This document shows positions 15,036 through 26,297 of a stretch of 32,000 bases of DNA, in pieces. The position numbers were made by a program, and so were the translations under genes. How positions within the stretch are numbered: position 1 is the stretch's first letter; each line of letters opens with the position of its first letter. This DNA comes from Nitrosococcus oceani ATCC 19707 (GTDB lineage: Bacteria; Pseudomonadota; Gammaproteobacteria; Nitrosococcales; Nitrosococcaceae). The notes beneath the pieces were generated by a model that made no database searches, had not been told where the DNA came from, and was given only the letters and a program-made list of their open reading frames with translations. The stretch lies in contig NC_007484.1 in assembly GCF_000012805.1 (NCBI RefSeq), positions 960,001 through 992,000 of the forward strand. The letters run 5' to 3'.

Positions 15036-16088
15036 GTGTCTGTGGCTGAAAATACTATGCCACCTTCCTCAAAAGAGGGAACGAGTAAAGCTCTCCCGCT
15101 TATTGGCATAATGCTGATAGCGGGGGGGCTTCTCCTCTTGGGCTGGCTTGGCTGGGCATTACTGAGCCCGGCTGGCGGTAAGGAAGCGCCATACCAATAT
15201 AAGAAGGTGGCAGAAGGTGGAGTGGAAGAATTTCCCGAGTTAGGGCTTGATGCCTACGGGGGAATAACTGTCCGTAAATATAAATTACTTGCTGAGGAAA
15301 TACAAAAGGAACCTTTAGTAGAGCTATATACAGGTTCTAAGGACAATCAAGCTCCCGTGTTACTGGAGTGGAAAAACAACCTTATTGAACCGCTGCTAGC
15401 GATTAGTAGTAGCATCGAAGATTTGACTAAATTAGCTCGAGGAATCACTGAGCATGTACCGTCTGAAGCTATGGTGCTGAGCTGGTGGGATACTTCCCGT
15501 CGGCTTGAATTGCTTACTGGGGTAAACACTCTATTCAATGGAAATCTAGCGGAACCGCTATTAATCCCGACTCCTTGGGTTGATCAGCGAAAGGCGATTG
15601 AAAACTTAGAGCGTGATTTTTGGCAAGTAACCAACTCAGGTGAGGCGGAGACTCGCCAAAAGCGTGTTGCAGAAGCCTTATTAGCCGATGAAGCTAAGGG
15701 TGTATCGATACTAAGGGAATTATCGGATGGCCGAGAAGCATATGTTGTTGTGCACTGGTCGGATGCCTATAAATTAGGCGCGATGGAGCCCAAGCGTTTC
15801 GGCCTTGGTTATAAGGATTTTCCCGGCGGCAGACGAGTTCATGCTTTAATTCCCCATGTTAAGGACTGGATAGCGGAAAATGGCTATGAGTCATATTTAG
15901 TGCATCGTTCAGATGAGGACACGATCCGCACCTATTTTTTGACTGGCGACACTGATAAAAATGCTCTGATAGTCAAACTGCTACCGTTTAGCACCTCAAA
16001 CCCAATGGAACTTGAAGTGCTCAAGCTGGTCGCTCAGTATGGCAGTTATTGGGTTTATTCGTTGCCGCCTGCTAATGATGCTGGTTAA
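15036..16088 (+). CDS. haoB: HaoB (hao-associated orf2), N-terminally membrane-anchored protein of unknown function
   Basis: Starts 6 nt after the haoA stop and immediately precedes cycA, the conserved orf2 position. One N-terminal TM helix (LPLIGIMLIAGGLLLLGWLGWALL). No cofactor motifs. GTG start. Confidence 0.85.
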   Translation: MSVAENTMPPSSKEGTSKALPLIGIMLIAGGLLLLGWLGWALLSPAGGKEAPYQYKKVAEGGVEEFPELGLDAYGGITVRKYKLLAEEIQKEPLVELYTGSKDNQAPVLLEWKNNLIEPLLAISSSIEDLTKLARGITEHVPSEAMVLSWWDTSRRLELLTGVNTLFNGNLAEPLLIPTPWVDQRKAIENLERDFWQVTNSGEAETRQKRVAEALLADEAKGVSILRELSDGREAYVVVHWSDAYKLGAMEPKRFGLGYKDFPGGRRVHALIPHVKDWIAENGYESYLVHRSDEDTIRTYFLTGDTDKNALIVKLLPFSTSNPMELEVLKLVAQYGSYWVYSLPPANDAG

Positions 16089-16117
16089 TTAGTGTTTTCC
16101 TCTAAAGGAGAAAATTT

Positions 16118-16840
16118 ATGAACCAGATAATTAGATATACATTCTTTTATGCTCTATTGGCGATCGCTATGGGAACGGTGTGGGCTCAAGGGGAACCACC
16201 CTACGATGGCCTTAAGAAATGTAAGAGTTGCCATGAGTCTCAGTATGATTCATGGCTTGAAACGGATCATGGACAGGCGATGAAGTCTTTAGAGCCTGGC
16301 GAAGAGGTAGAGGCCAAGGAAAAAGCAGGGCTGGACCCTGATGAGGATTATACTGAAGATCCTGAGTGCGTCGGTTGCCATGTGACCGGGTTTAGGAAAG
16401 ATGGGGGCTACGAAATTGATCTCTCCAACCGCTTGAAAAAGTATTTACAGGGTGTTGGTTGCGAATCCTGCCATGGTCCTGGGTCCAGGTACAAGCATAA
16501 CCATAAAGATGCGGCCAAAAAGTTTGAAGAGTCCCAGGAAACTACTTCTCGGCAGGAGCTCGCCGCTATCGGGCAGGTTTTTACCGATAAGGAATTTGAA
16601 GAGCGTTGCAATGCTTGTCACCTTAACTACGAAGGTTCGCCATGGCCTCATGCTAAAGAGCCCTATACCCCCTTCACTCCTGAAGTGGATCCGAAATACG
16701 AGTTCAATTTTGAAGAAGCGGTGCATAATGATGAAGCGATGCACAAGCATTATAAGCTAGAGGGCGTTTTTTCTGGTGATCCGGTCGCATCGTTCCATGA
16801 AGAATTCCAAAAGCATGCTGCGCCACCGCAGAAAAAATAA
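16118..16840 (+). CDS. cycA: Tetrahaem cytochrome c554
   Basis: Signal peptide and four CxxCH motifs (CKSCH, CVGCH, CESCH, CNACH). Size about 240 aa. Position between haoB and cycB. Confidence 0.9.
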   Translation: MNQIIRYTFFYALLAIAMGTVWAQGEPPYDGLKKCKSCHESQYDSWLETDHGQAMKSLEPGEEVEAKEKAGLDPDEDYTEDPECVGCHVTGFRKDGGYEIDLSNRLKKYLQGVGCESCHGPGSRYKHNHKDAAKKFEESQETTSRQELAAIGQVFTDKEFEERCNACHLNYEGSPWPHAKEPYTPFTPEVDPKYEFNFEEAVHNDEAMHKHYKLEGVFSGDPVASFHEEFQKHAAPPQKK

Positions 16841-16859
16841 ATGGTAGGAGTAAAATAAT

Positions 16860-17519
16860 ATGCTATCTAAATTAAAACAATGGTGGCAAGCCATTGTTGA
16901 GTATTTTAAAGTTCATTGGCGCCCGGTTGCGGTCGGAGCGGGGGGGCTATTTGCTCTAATTGTTATCGTTTTTGGAGGCGAGGCGGCGTTATCAACGACC
17001 ACCTTTTGCACTAGTTGTCATTCGATGTCTTATCCGTATGAGGAATTGCAAGAGTCCGCTCATTATGGCAGGTTTGGTTTGCAACCCCAATGTAAGGATT
17101 GCCATATTCCTCAGGGGTTAGGGAACTTCCACAAGGCAGTTTATACTCATGTAGTGGATGGGGCGCGAGAGCTTTATTTAGAACTTGTTAACGATTATTC
17201 TACACTTGAAAAATTTAATGAGCGCCGGCAAGAAATGGCCCATCATGCCCGCATGAATCTAAAGGGATGGGATAGCGTGACCTGCCGGGATTGCCATCAG
17301 GATCCACAACCAGCAGCTAAATCTGGCCAGCGGGCTCACAAAAAGCTTGATGACGGCTGGACCTGCATTGATTGCCATCAAAACCTTGTGCATGCTCCTG
17401 TGGAGCATACCGATCTTGATGCAAGTGAGCGGCGTGGCGAGATGGTCATCATGGATGAGATAGATTGGACAGACCGTAACCCGCTAGCCGGAGTGGAGAC
17501 TCGTTCGATAAGGAATTAA
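16860..17519 (+). CDS. cycB: Membrane-anchored tetrahaem cytochrome cM552 (NapC/NirT family quinone reductase)
   Basis: N-terminal TM helix and four CxxCH motifs (CTSCH, CKDCH, CRDCH, CIDCH) with NapC/NirT spacing. Last gene of the hao cluster. Confidence 0.9.
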   Translation: MLSKLKQWWQAIVEYFKVHWRPVAVGAGGLFALIVIVFGGEAALSTTTFCTSCHSMSYPYEELQESAHYGRFGLQPQCKDCHIPQGLGNFHKAVYTHVVDGARELYLELVNDYSTLEKFNERRQEMAHHARMNLKGWDSVTCRDCHQDPQPAAKSGQRAHKKLDDGWTCIDCHQNLVHAPVEHTDLDASERRGEMVIMDEIDWTDRNPLAGVETRSIRN

Positions 17520-17562
17520 ATATAAGAGCGAGCGGTCGCAATATTTTTTGTTAGATCTTATA

Positions 17563-17592
17563 AAAGCCCCAGCTAAAGCCGGGGCTTTTTTT
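17563..17592. terminator. Rho-independent terminator after cycB (shared with the convergent transglycosylase gene)
   Basis: AAAGCCCC (17563-17570) pairs with GGGGCTTT (17581-17588). A T7 run extends to 17592. Confidence 0.7.
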
Positions 17593-17617
17593 GAGCTGAC
17601 GAGCGGAAAAATACCTA

Positions 17618-18193
17618 TTACTGCCAATGGCGAAGGGCTTTATAGACTCTATTTGGATACCACGTTTTTCCGATACTGCCGTTATAGCGGGCTAGGGCGC
17701 GGGTAAGATCGCCTTTTTCACGGTTAATGTAGCGTCGAAGGATCGTACAACCAAAACGCAGATTGGTTGCAATGTCCATGAGGTTATCTTCTTTATGGCC
17801 AATTTCTTTGAGCCAGAAAGGCATAATTTGCATAAGGCCGCGGGCGCCAGCTTCAGAAATAGCAAAACGGTTAAAATTACTTTCCACCTCGATGATGGCA
17901 AGTACGAGCTCAGGGGCTAGATTTGCTTGGACCGCCTCACGGTGGACTAAACGCAGGATTGCTAGGCGCTTTTTGAGTTGGGGAATACGAGTTCTAAAGC
18001 GGTATTCCATATCCAGTAGCCATACTTGGGCATGAAACCGGTCTTTAAAACCGTCCTTTTTTCCAGCGGCGGAGACGAGCTGGTGCCTTATCTGTCTATC
18101 TAGTTCTGGTAGTTCAGCAGCGGCTGTTATACCCAGCAGGGTATAAAAAAAAATTAACATAAATAACTGACTATAATCTAGGGGCTTCATCAC
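17618..18193 (-). CDS. Lytic transglycosylase (SLT domain) protein
   Basis: Catalytic-Glu motif [24 protein letters not shown] plus a signal/anchor sequence. The start overlaps the proS stop by 4 nt on the minus strand. Confidence 0.85.
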   Translation of the reverse strand: MMKPLDYSQLFMLIFFYTLLGITAAAELPELDRQIRHQLVSAAGKKDGFKDRFHAQVWLLDMEYRFRTRIPQLKKRLAILRLVHREAVQANLAPELVLAIIEVESNFNRFAISEAGARGLMQIMPFWLKEIGHKEDNLMDIATNLRFGCTILRRYINREKGDLTRALARYNGSIGKTWYPNRVYKALRHWQ

Positions 18194-19914
18194 CTCCTAG
18201 ATATCGGAGCTTTTAATTCGGCCTTGAGTCCGGAAATAAAGTTATCTAGCTGAATAGCGCAGGTTTTTCCATCCTGACGTCGCTTGTATTCTACAGTATT
18301 ATTTTCTAATCCCCGTTCGCTGATCACTAAACGATAGGGAATACCGATTAGATCCATATCAGCAAATATTACGCCGGGGCGTAATTGCCGGTCATCGAGC
18401 AATACTTCAAATCCTGCTGCTTGTAGCTCTGTATAGAGCCGGTCACTCATTTCCTTTACTCGTGCTGATTTATGCGCGTTAATAGGGACAAGCGCTAGCT
18501 GGAAGGGGGCAATGGACGCAGGCCAGATAATGCCATGCTCGTCATGATTTTGCTCAATAGCGGCAGCTACCACGCGAGAGACGCCAATACCATAACAGCC
18601 CATTGCCAAGCTGATAGCTCGACCTGTTTCATCTAGCACCGTAGCATTCATAGCCTGGCTATATTTTTCGCCAAGCTGGAAAATATGGCCTACCTCGATA
18701 CCCCGGGCAATGGATAAGGTTCCCTCTCCATCGGGGCTTGGATCGCCATCGACCACATTGCGGATATCAGCCGTGCTGGGTTCAGGTAAATCACGTCCCC
18801 AATTAACTCCAGTGAAGTGTTTACCTTCCATATTGGCACCACAGGCGAAATCTGTTAACTGGACCGCGCCGTGATCTGCAATAAGGGGGATCGCAAGACC
18901 CATGGGGCCTATGGAGCCGATAGATGCATTACAAGTTTTCCATACCTGTTCGGGTGTGGCAAACTGAAGAGGGTTGGCCACTTGGGGAAGCTTTTGCGCT
19001 TTCACCGCATTGAGTTCATGATCACCCCGTAGCGCGAGAGCTACTAATTCTCCCTCGCTGCCTTGCACTAACAGGGTTTTGATGCAGCGCGAGGATGGAA
19101 TGTTAAGGAATTGGCTTATTTCTTTAATAGTGCACTGCCCTGGTGTTTCTATTAAAGAAAGCGTTTCTTTTGGCGAGGCAGGTTTATCTGTAGGGGGAAG
19201 GGCAGCAGCTAATTCTACATTGGCAGCATAGGTGCTTTTATCCGAGAAGGCAATGGCATCTTCACCAGAGGCAGCAAGCACATGAAATTCATGGGATGTT
19301 TTGCCGCCAATGGCCCCAGTATCAGCTTGTACTGCTCGAAAGGTTAACCCGATTCGATCAAAGATGCGAGAATAGGTTTCATACATTTGGTTATAGGTTT
19401 GAGCTAATGATGTTTGGTCTGGATGAAAAGAGTAGGCATCCTTCATTAAAAATTCCCGTGACCGCATGACTCCAAACCGGGGCCGAATTTCATCCCTGAA
19501 TTTCAACTGTATTTGGTAAAAATTGGCGGGCAGCTGTTTATAACTCCGTATCTCACGGCGGATGAGATCAGTAATTACTTCCTCGTGAGTAGGACCAAAG
19601 CAGAAAAATCGTTGATGACGATCAGTAAAACGCAATAACTCTGGCCCGTATTGCTCCCAGCGCCCTGTTTCTCGCCATAACTCAGCAGGCTGTACTGCCG
19701 GCATTAATACTTCCTGGGCGCCAGCCTTATCCATTTCTTCGCGGATAATGTTTTCAACCTTGCGTAGTACGCGTAAACCCAGAGGGAGCCAGGTATAGAG
19801 GCCTGCTGCAAGCCGACGGATAAAACTTCCCCTGAGCATCAACTGATGGCTGATTATCTCGGCGTCAGCTGGAGTTTCACGGGTGGTAGTAAGCAAATAT
19901 TGAGAGGTACGCAT
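18190..19914 (-). CDS. proS: Prolyl-tRNA synthetase (bacterial type with editing insertion)
   Basis: Class II aaRS motifs ([25 protein letters not shown]; GCYGIGVSR). About 570 aa with an INS domain. Confidence 0.95.
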   Translation of the reverse strand: MRTSQYLLTTTRETPADAEIISHQLMLRGSFIRRLAAGLYTWLPLGLRVLRKVENIIREEMDKAGAQEVLMPAVQPAELWRETGRWEQYGPELLRFTDRHQRFFCFGPTHEEVITDLIRREIRSYKQLPANFYQIQLKFRDEIRPRFGVMRSREFLMKDAYSFHPDQTSLAQTYNQMYETYSRIFDRIGLTFRAVQADTGAIGGKTSHEFHVLAASGEDAIAFSDKSTYAANVELAAALPPTDKPASPKETLSLIETPGQCTIKEISQFLNIPSSRCIKTLLVQGSEGELVALALRGDHELNAVKAQKLPQVANPLQFATPEQVWKTCNASIGSIGPMGLAIPLIADHGAVQLTDFACGANMEGKHFTGVNWGRDLPEPSTADIRNVVDGDPSPDGEGTLSIARGIEVGHIFQLGEKYSQAMNATVLDETGRAISLAMGCYGIGVSRVVAAAIEQNHDEHGIIWPASIAPFQLALVPINAHKSARVKEMSDRLYTELQAAGFEVLLDDRQLRPGVIFADMDLIGIPYRLVISERGLENNTVEYKRRQDGKTCAIQLDNFISGLKAELKAPISRR

Positions 19915-19984
19915 ATCTGTTAACGGAGTATTATTAGCCTACATTAAGTCATTAAAGGCTGTTATATATTTATGGTAATAATTT

Positions 19985-20010
19985 TTTGCACTATCTATTT
20001 GCACTATCTA
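19985..20010. repeat. Perfect 13-bp tandem direct repeat (TTTGCACTATCTA x2) upstream of proS
   Basis: Identical units at 19985-19997 and 19998-20010, read directly. They lie 71-96 nt upstream of the proS start. Confidence 0.8.
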
Positions 20011-20134
20011 AAAGCTATTTTAAAGTTGCCTTTCATTATTAATGCGCTTAATTACAGTGTCTTTAAATATTCTTCGCTTAACCCACAGTATCCACAATCA
20101 TTTTTAAAGTTTTTCAATTACAATCTATTGACGT

Positions 20135-20599
20135 TCAATCGCAGTTTGCTTCAATTTGCTGTTTTGCTTCGGTAATATGGGCGTGCCGTTCCTCCTCGTT
20201 TAAACGGGTATAATTGCCACTGCCGTCACCAATGCGCAAACGAGGATTTCCCCTGTATAATTCCAAATTTTTGTGAGCTGCTTCGCAGTTGTGTTTACGG
20301 ATAGCTTGTTGCTTTTTTTCTTGCGTTTGTCGCTTTACTGCTTCTTCTCGAGCAGCTTGTTCTTGCTCCAAGCGTTCAAGGCGTGCATTTAAAGATTTGG
20401 AAGGCATTTTTGGCTTATCTGGAGCAGGTGGCGAGGCCATTTTTTTAGCTTCCTGATCAGGTGGCGGTCGTTGAGAATAGTGAGTAACTCCTTTCTCATC
20501 CGTCCATTTGTAGGCGCTATCTGCTGCTATGGGGACTGCCAAACTAATAAGCATGGCGATTAATGTCAACAGAGGAGACACCGGCATTTTTGGAGCCAT
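20135..20599 (-). CDS. Secreted DUF4124-domain protein
   Basis: Signal peptide, then YKWTDEKGVTHYSQRPP, typical of DUF4124. A charged coiled-coil-like middle region and a C-terminal Cys pair. Confidence 0.7.
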   Translation of the reverse strand: MAPKMPVSPLLTLIAMLISLAVPIAADSAYKWTDEKGVTHYSQRPPPDQEAKKMASPPAPDKPKMPSKSLNARLERLEQEQAAREEAVKRQTQEKKQQAIRKHNCEAAHKNLELYRGNPRLRIGDGSGNYTRLNEEERHAHITEAKQQIEANCD

Positions 20600-20807
20600 A
20601 TTGGTATTAGGTATGTTGTTTTATTATATTCAGAATTATAATTTGAACTATGAAAAGCGTTTGTTATTAAAAGTAAAAACTTCAAACATCTATGCAGCTT
20701 ACATTGTTCTGGGCATAAGCGCTGGCTAAGATGATATAATTCGTTTTCAGGAGTTCTTTAATTTTTATTGAAATATTTCTCTGTATTCTGTAAGGAGCAT
20801 AGTATAA

Positions 20808-21239
20808 ATGGTGATTGAACGCACCCTCTCCATTATTAAGCCGGACGCGGTTGCCAAAAATATCATCGGGGAGATTTATACCCGCTTTGAAAATGCGGGT
20901 CTACGGATTGTGGCGGCCCGAATGCTCCACTTGTCGAAGGAGCAAGCCCAAGAGTTTTATACGGTCCACAAGGATCGGCCTTTTTATAACGATTTGGTTG
21001 GGTTTATGACCTCGGGCCCAGTCATGGTGCAGGTTTTGGAGGGAGAGAACGCTATTGCCAGAAACAGGGAGATAATGGGGGCAACCAATCCTAAAGAAGC
21101 GGTTCCGGGCACGATCCGCGCCGATTTTGCGGAAAATATTGACGCTAATGCGGTTCACGGTTCTGATGGGTCAGGGACGGCTGAGCAAGAAATCAATTTT
21201 TTCTTTAAGTCAGAAGATATTTGCCCGCGGATCGGCTAA
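20808..21239 (+). CDS. ndk: Nucleoside diphosphate kinase
   Basis: [12 protein letters not shown] and the active-site NAVHGSD motif. 143 aa. Confidence 0.95.
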   Translation: MVIERTLSIIKPDAVAKNIIGEIYTRFENAGLRIVAARMLHLSKEQAQEFYTVHKDRPFYNDLVGFMTSGPVMVQVLEGENAIARNREIMGATNPKEAVPGTIRADFAENIDANAVHGSDGSGTAEQEINFFFKSEDICPRIG

Positions 21240-21260
21240 AGGCCAAAGTTTCTTATTATT

Positions 21261-22379
21261 ATGACCGACTCCAGAACCAATTTGCTTAATCTGGATCGAG
21301 CTGGGCTGGATGCTTTTTTCACCTGTCTCGGTGAAAAACCTTTTCGTGCCCGCCAGGTACTTCGTTGGATCCACCAGCGGTTTGTCACAGATTTTAGCGC
21401 TATGACTGATCTTAATAAGTCGCTACGGGAGCGTTTGACGGAGAGTGCGGTGATTTCCCTTCCGGAGATAATTAAGCAGCATCGTTCGGCCGATGGGACC
21501 CATAAATGGTTGTTACGCATGCATGGGAACAACTGTATTGAAACGGTGTTCATCCCCGAAGGAGATCGGGGTACATTATGTATTTCATCCCAGATAGGTT
21601 GTATTCTAGATTGCTCTTTTTGTGCCACGGGAAAGCAAGGATTTAACCGTAATTTAGCGGTATCCGAAATTATTGGTCAGCTGTGGCTAGCGAATAAAAC
21701 CCTAGGACGGGATCCCAAGGGTGAGCGCATCATTACTAATGTGGTGATGATGGGTATGGGAGAACCCCTTGCCAACTTCAATAACGTTGTTACCGCCATG
21801 AATTTAATGCTAGACGATTTTTCTTACGGATTGTCGTGGCGTCGTGTAACTCTTAGCACTGCAGGGATGGTTCCCGCCATGGATCGGCTACGAGCTGTTT
21901 GCCCAGTTAACCTTGCGGTCTCTCTCCATGCACCCACTGATAAGCTGCGTGATGAACTTGTTCCCCTAAACAAAAAATATCCCTTGCAGGATTTGTTATC
22001 AGCATGTCGGCGCTATGTTGCTGGGGATAGAAGGCGCGCCGTCACCTTCGAGTATGTTATGTTGGCTGGTGTAAATGATTCTCTTCCGCATGCCCGGGCT
22101 TTGTTGCGGTTATTACGAGGCTTGCCTGCCAAGGTTAATCTCATTCCTTTCAATCCTTTTTCGGGTAGTGTTTATCGTCGTTCTGATGCCGCGACCATTG
22201 ATCGCTTTCGGGAAGAATTGTTACGGGGAGGAATCATGACTGTCACCCGTAAAACTCGTGGCGATGATATTGCAGCTGCCTGTGGTCAGTTGGCAGGCCG
22301 GGTTCAAGATCGTACTCGTCGTACCATGGATAGGCAGCGTTTGGTGAGTGTTTTACCCCGGTCTCCGTTAGCGTCATGA
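21261..22379 (+). CDS. rlmN: 23S rRNA/tRNA adenine-C2 methyltransferase, radical SAM
   Basis: Radical SAM cluster motif [20 protein letters not shown], and C-terminal AACGQL. ndk-rlmN synteny. Confidence 0.95.
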
Positions 22380-23149
22380 AGCCTAGAATGATCGGTGTAT
22401 TCGCCATTATGCTACTTGGCTTCGCGGGTTGTGCCTCAATACTCTCCTCTCAAGAGCAGGATATACCCTCGATTGACAAGGAGAAGGCAGCCAAGATTAA
22501 TGTTCAGTTAGGGGTAGAGTATTTTAAGCAAGGCGAGTTGGAGCAGGCGTTAAAAAAGCTAGAGCGCGCTATCCAGCAAGACCCGAAGCTTCCTAGTGCC
22601 TACAATGCCTTGGCTCTTCTCAAGCAACGCTTAGGCCAGGCGGAGGAGGCAGAAAAATATTTTCAGCGGGCTATAAAGTTGGATCCGGAGTATTCGGAAG
22701 CTCAAAACAATTACGGAGTTTTTCTTTATAACCAGGGGCATTATGGAGATGCGGAGGCACGCTTCTTGGAAGCCGTTAAGAATCCTTTATATGGTACACC
22801 GGAACTAGCCTACGAGAATGCAGGAATGGCTGCCCAAAAGCAAGTGGAATTCGATAAAGCGGAGAGATATTATCGCAAGGCCTTGCAGCTTGAGCCAAGG
22901 CTACCCAAGTCTTTATACCATATGGCTGAAATAAGTTTTGAGAAAGGCCATTACCAACGAGCGCAGGAGTATTTGCAACGTTATCGTGTAGGGGCTCGGC
23001 ATACCCCAAAATCTTTATGGCTTGGCATCAGAATTGAGCGTGAATTGGGCAATGAGGATACGGTGTCTAGCTATGCTTTATTGTTGAGGCGGAATTTTCC
23101 CGATTCCCCAGAAGCTAAGCTCCTGCAAAAAAGCTTGGATAGACAGTAG
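22376..23149 (+). CDS. pilW: Type IV pilus biogenesis/stability TPR lipoprotein PilW (PilF)
   Basis: Lipobox LLGFAGC and multiple TPR repeats. Conserved position after rlmN. The ATG overlaps the rlmN stop (ATGA). Confidence 0.75.
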
Positions 23150-23348
23150 GGGTTAGGATAGGTGGTTCTGAGAAGAACTACTGACATTCCATTCGTGCCG
23201 CAAAATCCGTACGGATACCTTTTTGGCAGAGGAGGCAGCAGCGCCCTGGCGGAAAAAACTTGAATAAAAATATGGCTAAACATAGAGCCGTAGGTAGGAA
23301 TGTGGCTGCCTGGAGGTTTTTCCTCTAAATAAATAAGGTTTAGGTGTA

Positions 23349-24620
23349 GTGAAAAAGATACAAGCTATCCGGGGGATGAACGATCTCCTTCCAAATCAGA
23401 CTCCCCATTGGCAACGGGTAGAGGAGGTCTTATCTAGAGTACTAGCTAGCTATGGTTATCAAGAAATCCGCCTGCCCCTATTAGAGCCCACGGAGTTATT
23501 CCGACGCTCTATTGGTGAGGTTACCGACATTGTTGAAAAGGAGATGTATACCTTTATTGACCGTAATGGAGATAGTTTAACCCTGCGGCCAGAAGGTACG
23601 GCGGGTTGCGTCCGGTCTATCTTGCAACATGGCTTGCTTACCCAAGGTCCCTTGCGCCTATGGTATTACGGACCCATGTTTCGCCATGAGCGGCCGCAAA
23701 AGGGTCGTTATCGCCAATTTTATCAAATTGGGGTGGAGGTTTTGGGCACCAAGGGGCCTGATGTGGATGCTGAGCTTATCCTGATGACGGCCCGTTTCTG
23801 GCGACGGTTAGGGCTGCAGGATCTGCGCTTGCAACTCAACTCCCTTGGTTCCCCCGCAGCACGGATTGCCTATCGGGAACGTTTGGTGGATTTTTTTACG
23901 GCACATGAGGATGTCCTAGATGAAGACAGTCGCCGCCGACTTCACAGTAACCCGTTACGTATTTTGGATAGCAAGAATCCTGCATTACAAGAAATAATTG
24001 AACAGGCGCCCCAGCTTTTAGATTATTTGGATGACGATTCGCGCACTCATTTTGAGGCTCTGCGGCATACGCTTGATAGTGCCGATATTGCCTATAAAAT
24101 TAACCCACGGCTAGTTCGAGGCTTAGATTACTATACGCGAACAGTTTTTGAGTGGGTAAGCGATCAGCTAGGCTCTCAGGGGACGGTTTGTGCGGGCGGA
24201 CGCTATGATGGTTTGGTAGAACAGTTAGGGGGGCAATCTATACCTGCGGTTGGTTTTGCGCTGGGTTTGGATCGCTTAGTCGCACTGCTAGGCGAGCAAG
24301 GCCGCTTGAAAGCACCGATTCCTGCCGATCTCTATTTGGTCGCTGTGGGTCCACAGGCAGAGCGGGAATCGTTATTATTTGCCGAGCGGCTGCGAGAGGC
24401 CATTCCAGCTGCGCGACTACAGGTAAATTATGGTGGCGGAAGTTTTAAAAGCCAATTGAAGCGTGCTGATCGCAGTGGTGCCCGGTGGGCGCTTATTTTG
24501 GGTGAAGATGAGATCGTCCAGGGGACGGTCAGTGTCAAAGATTTACGCCAGGGGCAGCCTCAGGAATTAGTGTCTCAAGACAAATTATCCGATTATATTA
24601 AGCAGCAGCTCCAAAGTTAA
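23349..24620 (+). CDS. hisS: Histidyl-tRNA synthetase
   Basis: [28 protein letters not shown] and GGRYDGL motifs. GTG start. Confidence 0.95.
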   Translation: MKKIQAIRGMNDLLPNQTPHWQRVEEVLSRVLASYGYQEIRLPLLEPTELFRRSIGEVTDIVEKEMYTFIDRNGDSLTLRPEGTAGCVRSILQHGLLTQGPLRLWYYGPMFRHERPQKGRYRQFYQIGVEVLGTKGPDVDAELILMTARFWRRLGLQDLRLQLNSLGSPAARIAYRERLVDFFTAHEDVLDEDSRRRLHSNPLRILDSKNPALQEIIEQAPQLLDYLDDDSRTHFEALRHTLDSADIAYKINPRLVRGLDYYTRTVFEWVSDQLGSQGTVCAGGRYDGLVEQLGGQSIPAVGFALGLDRLVALLGEQGRLKAPIPADLYLVAVGPQAERESLLFAERLREAIPAARLQVNYGGGSFKSQLKRADRSGARWALILGEDEIVQGTVSVKDLRQGQPQELVSQDKLSDYIKQQLQS

Positions 24621-26285
<1,665 letters not shown>

Positions 26286-26297
26286 AAGATAGGCGCT

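Noticed and set aside
16408-16760. Three overlapping ORFs (67-102 aa) on both strands inside cycA
   Set aside because: These are shadow ORFs of the c554 gene. There are no start-site signals or motifs, and the tetrahaem frame explains the region.
19972-20729. Small + strand ORFs (66-67 aa) flanking and overlapping the DUF4124 gene
   Set aside because: Low-complexity AT-rich translations that overlap a better-supported minus-strand CDS or promoter regions.
23071-23283. A 70-aa minus-strand ORF between pilW and hisS
   Set aside because: It overlaps the pilW 3' end and has no motifs or SD, so it is judged spurious.
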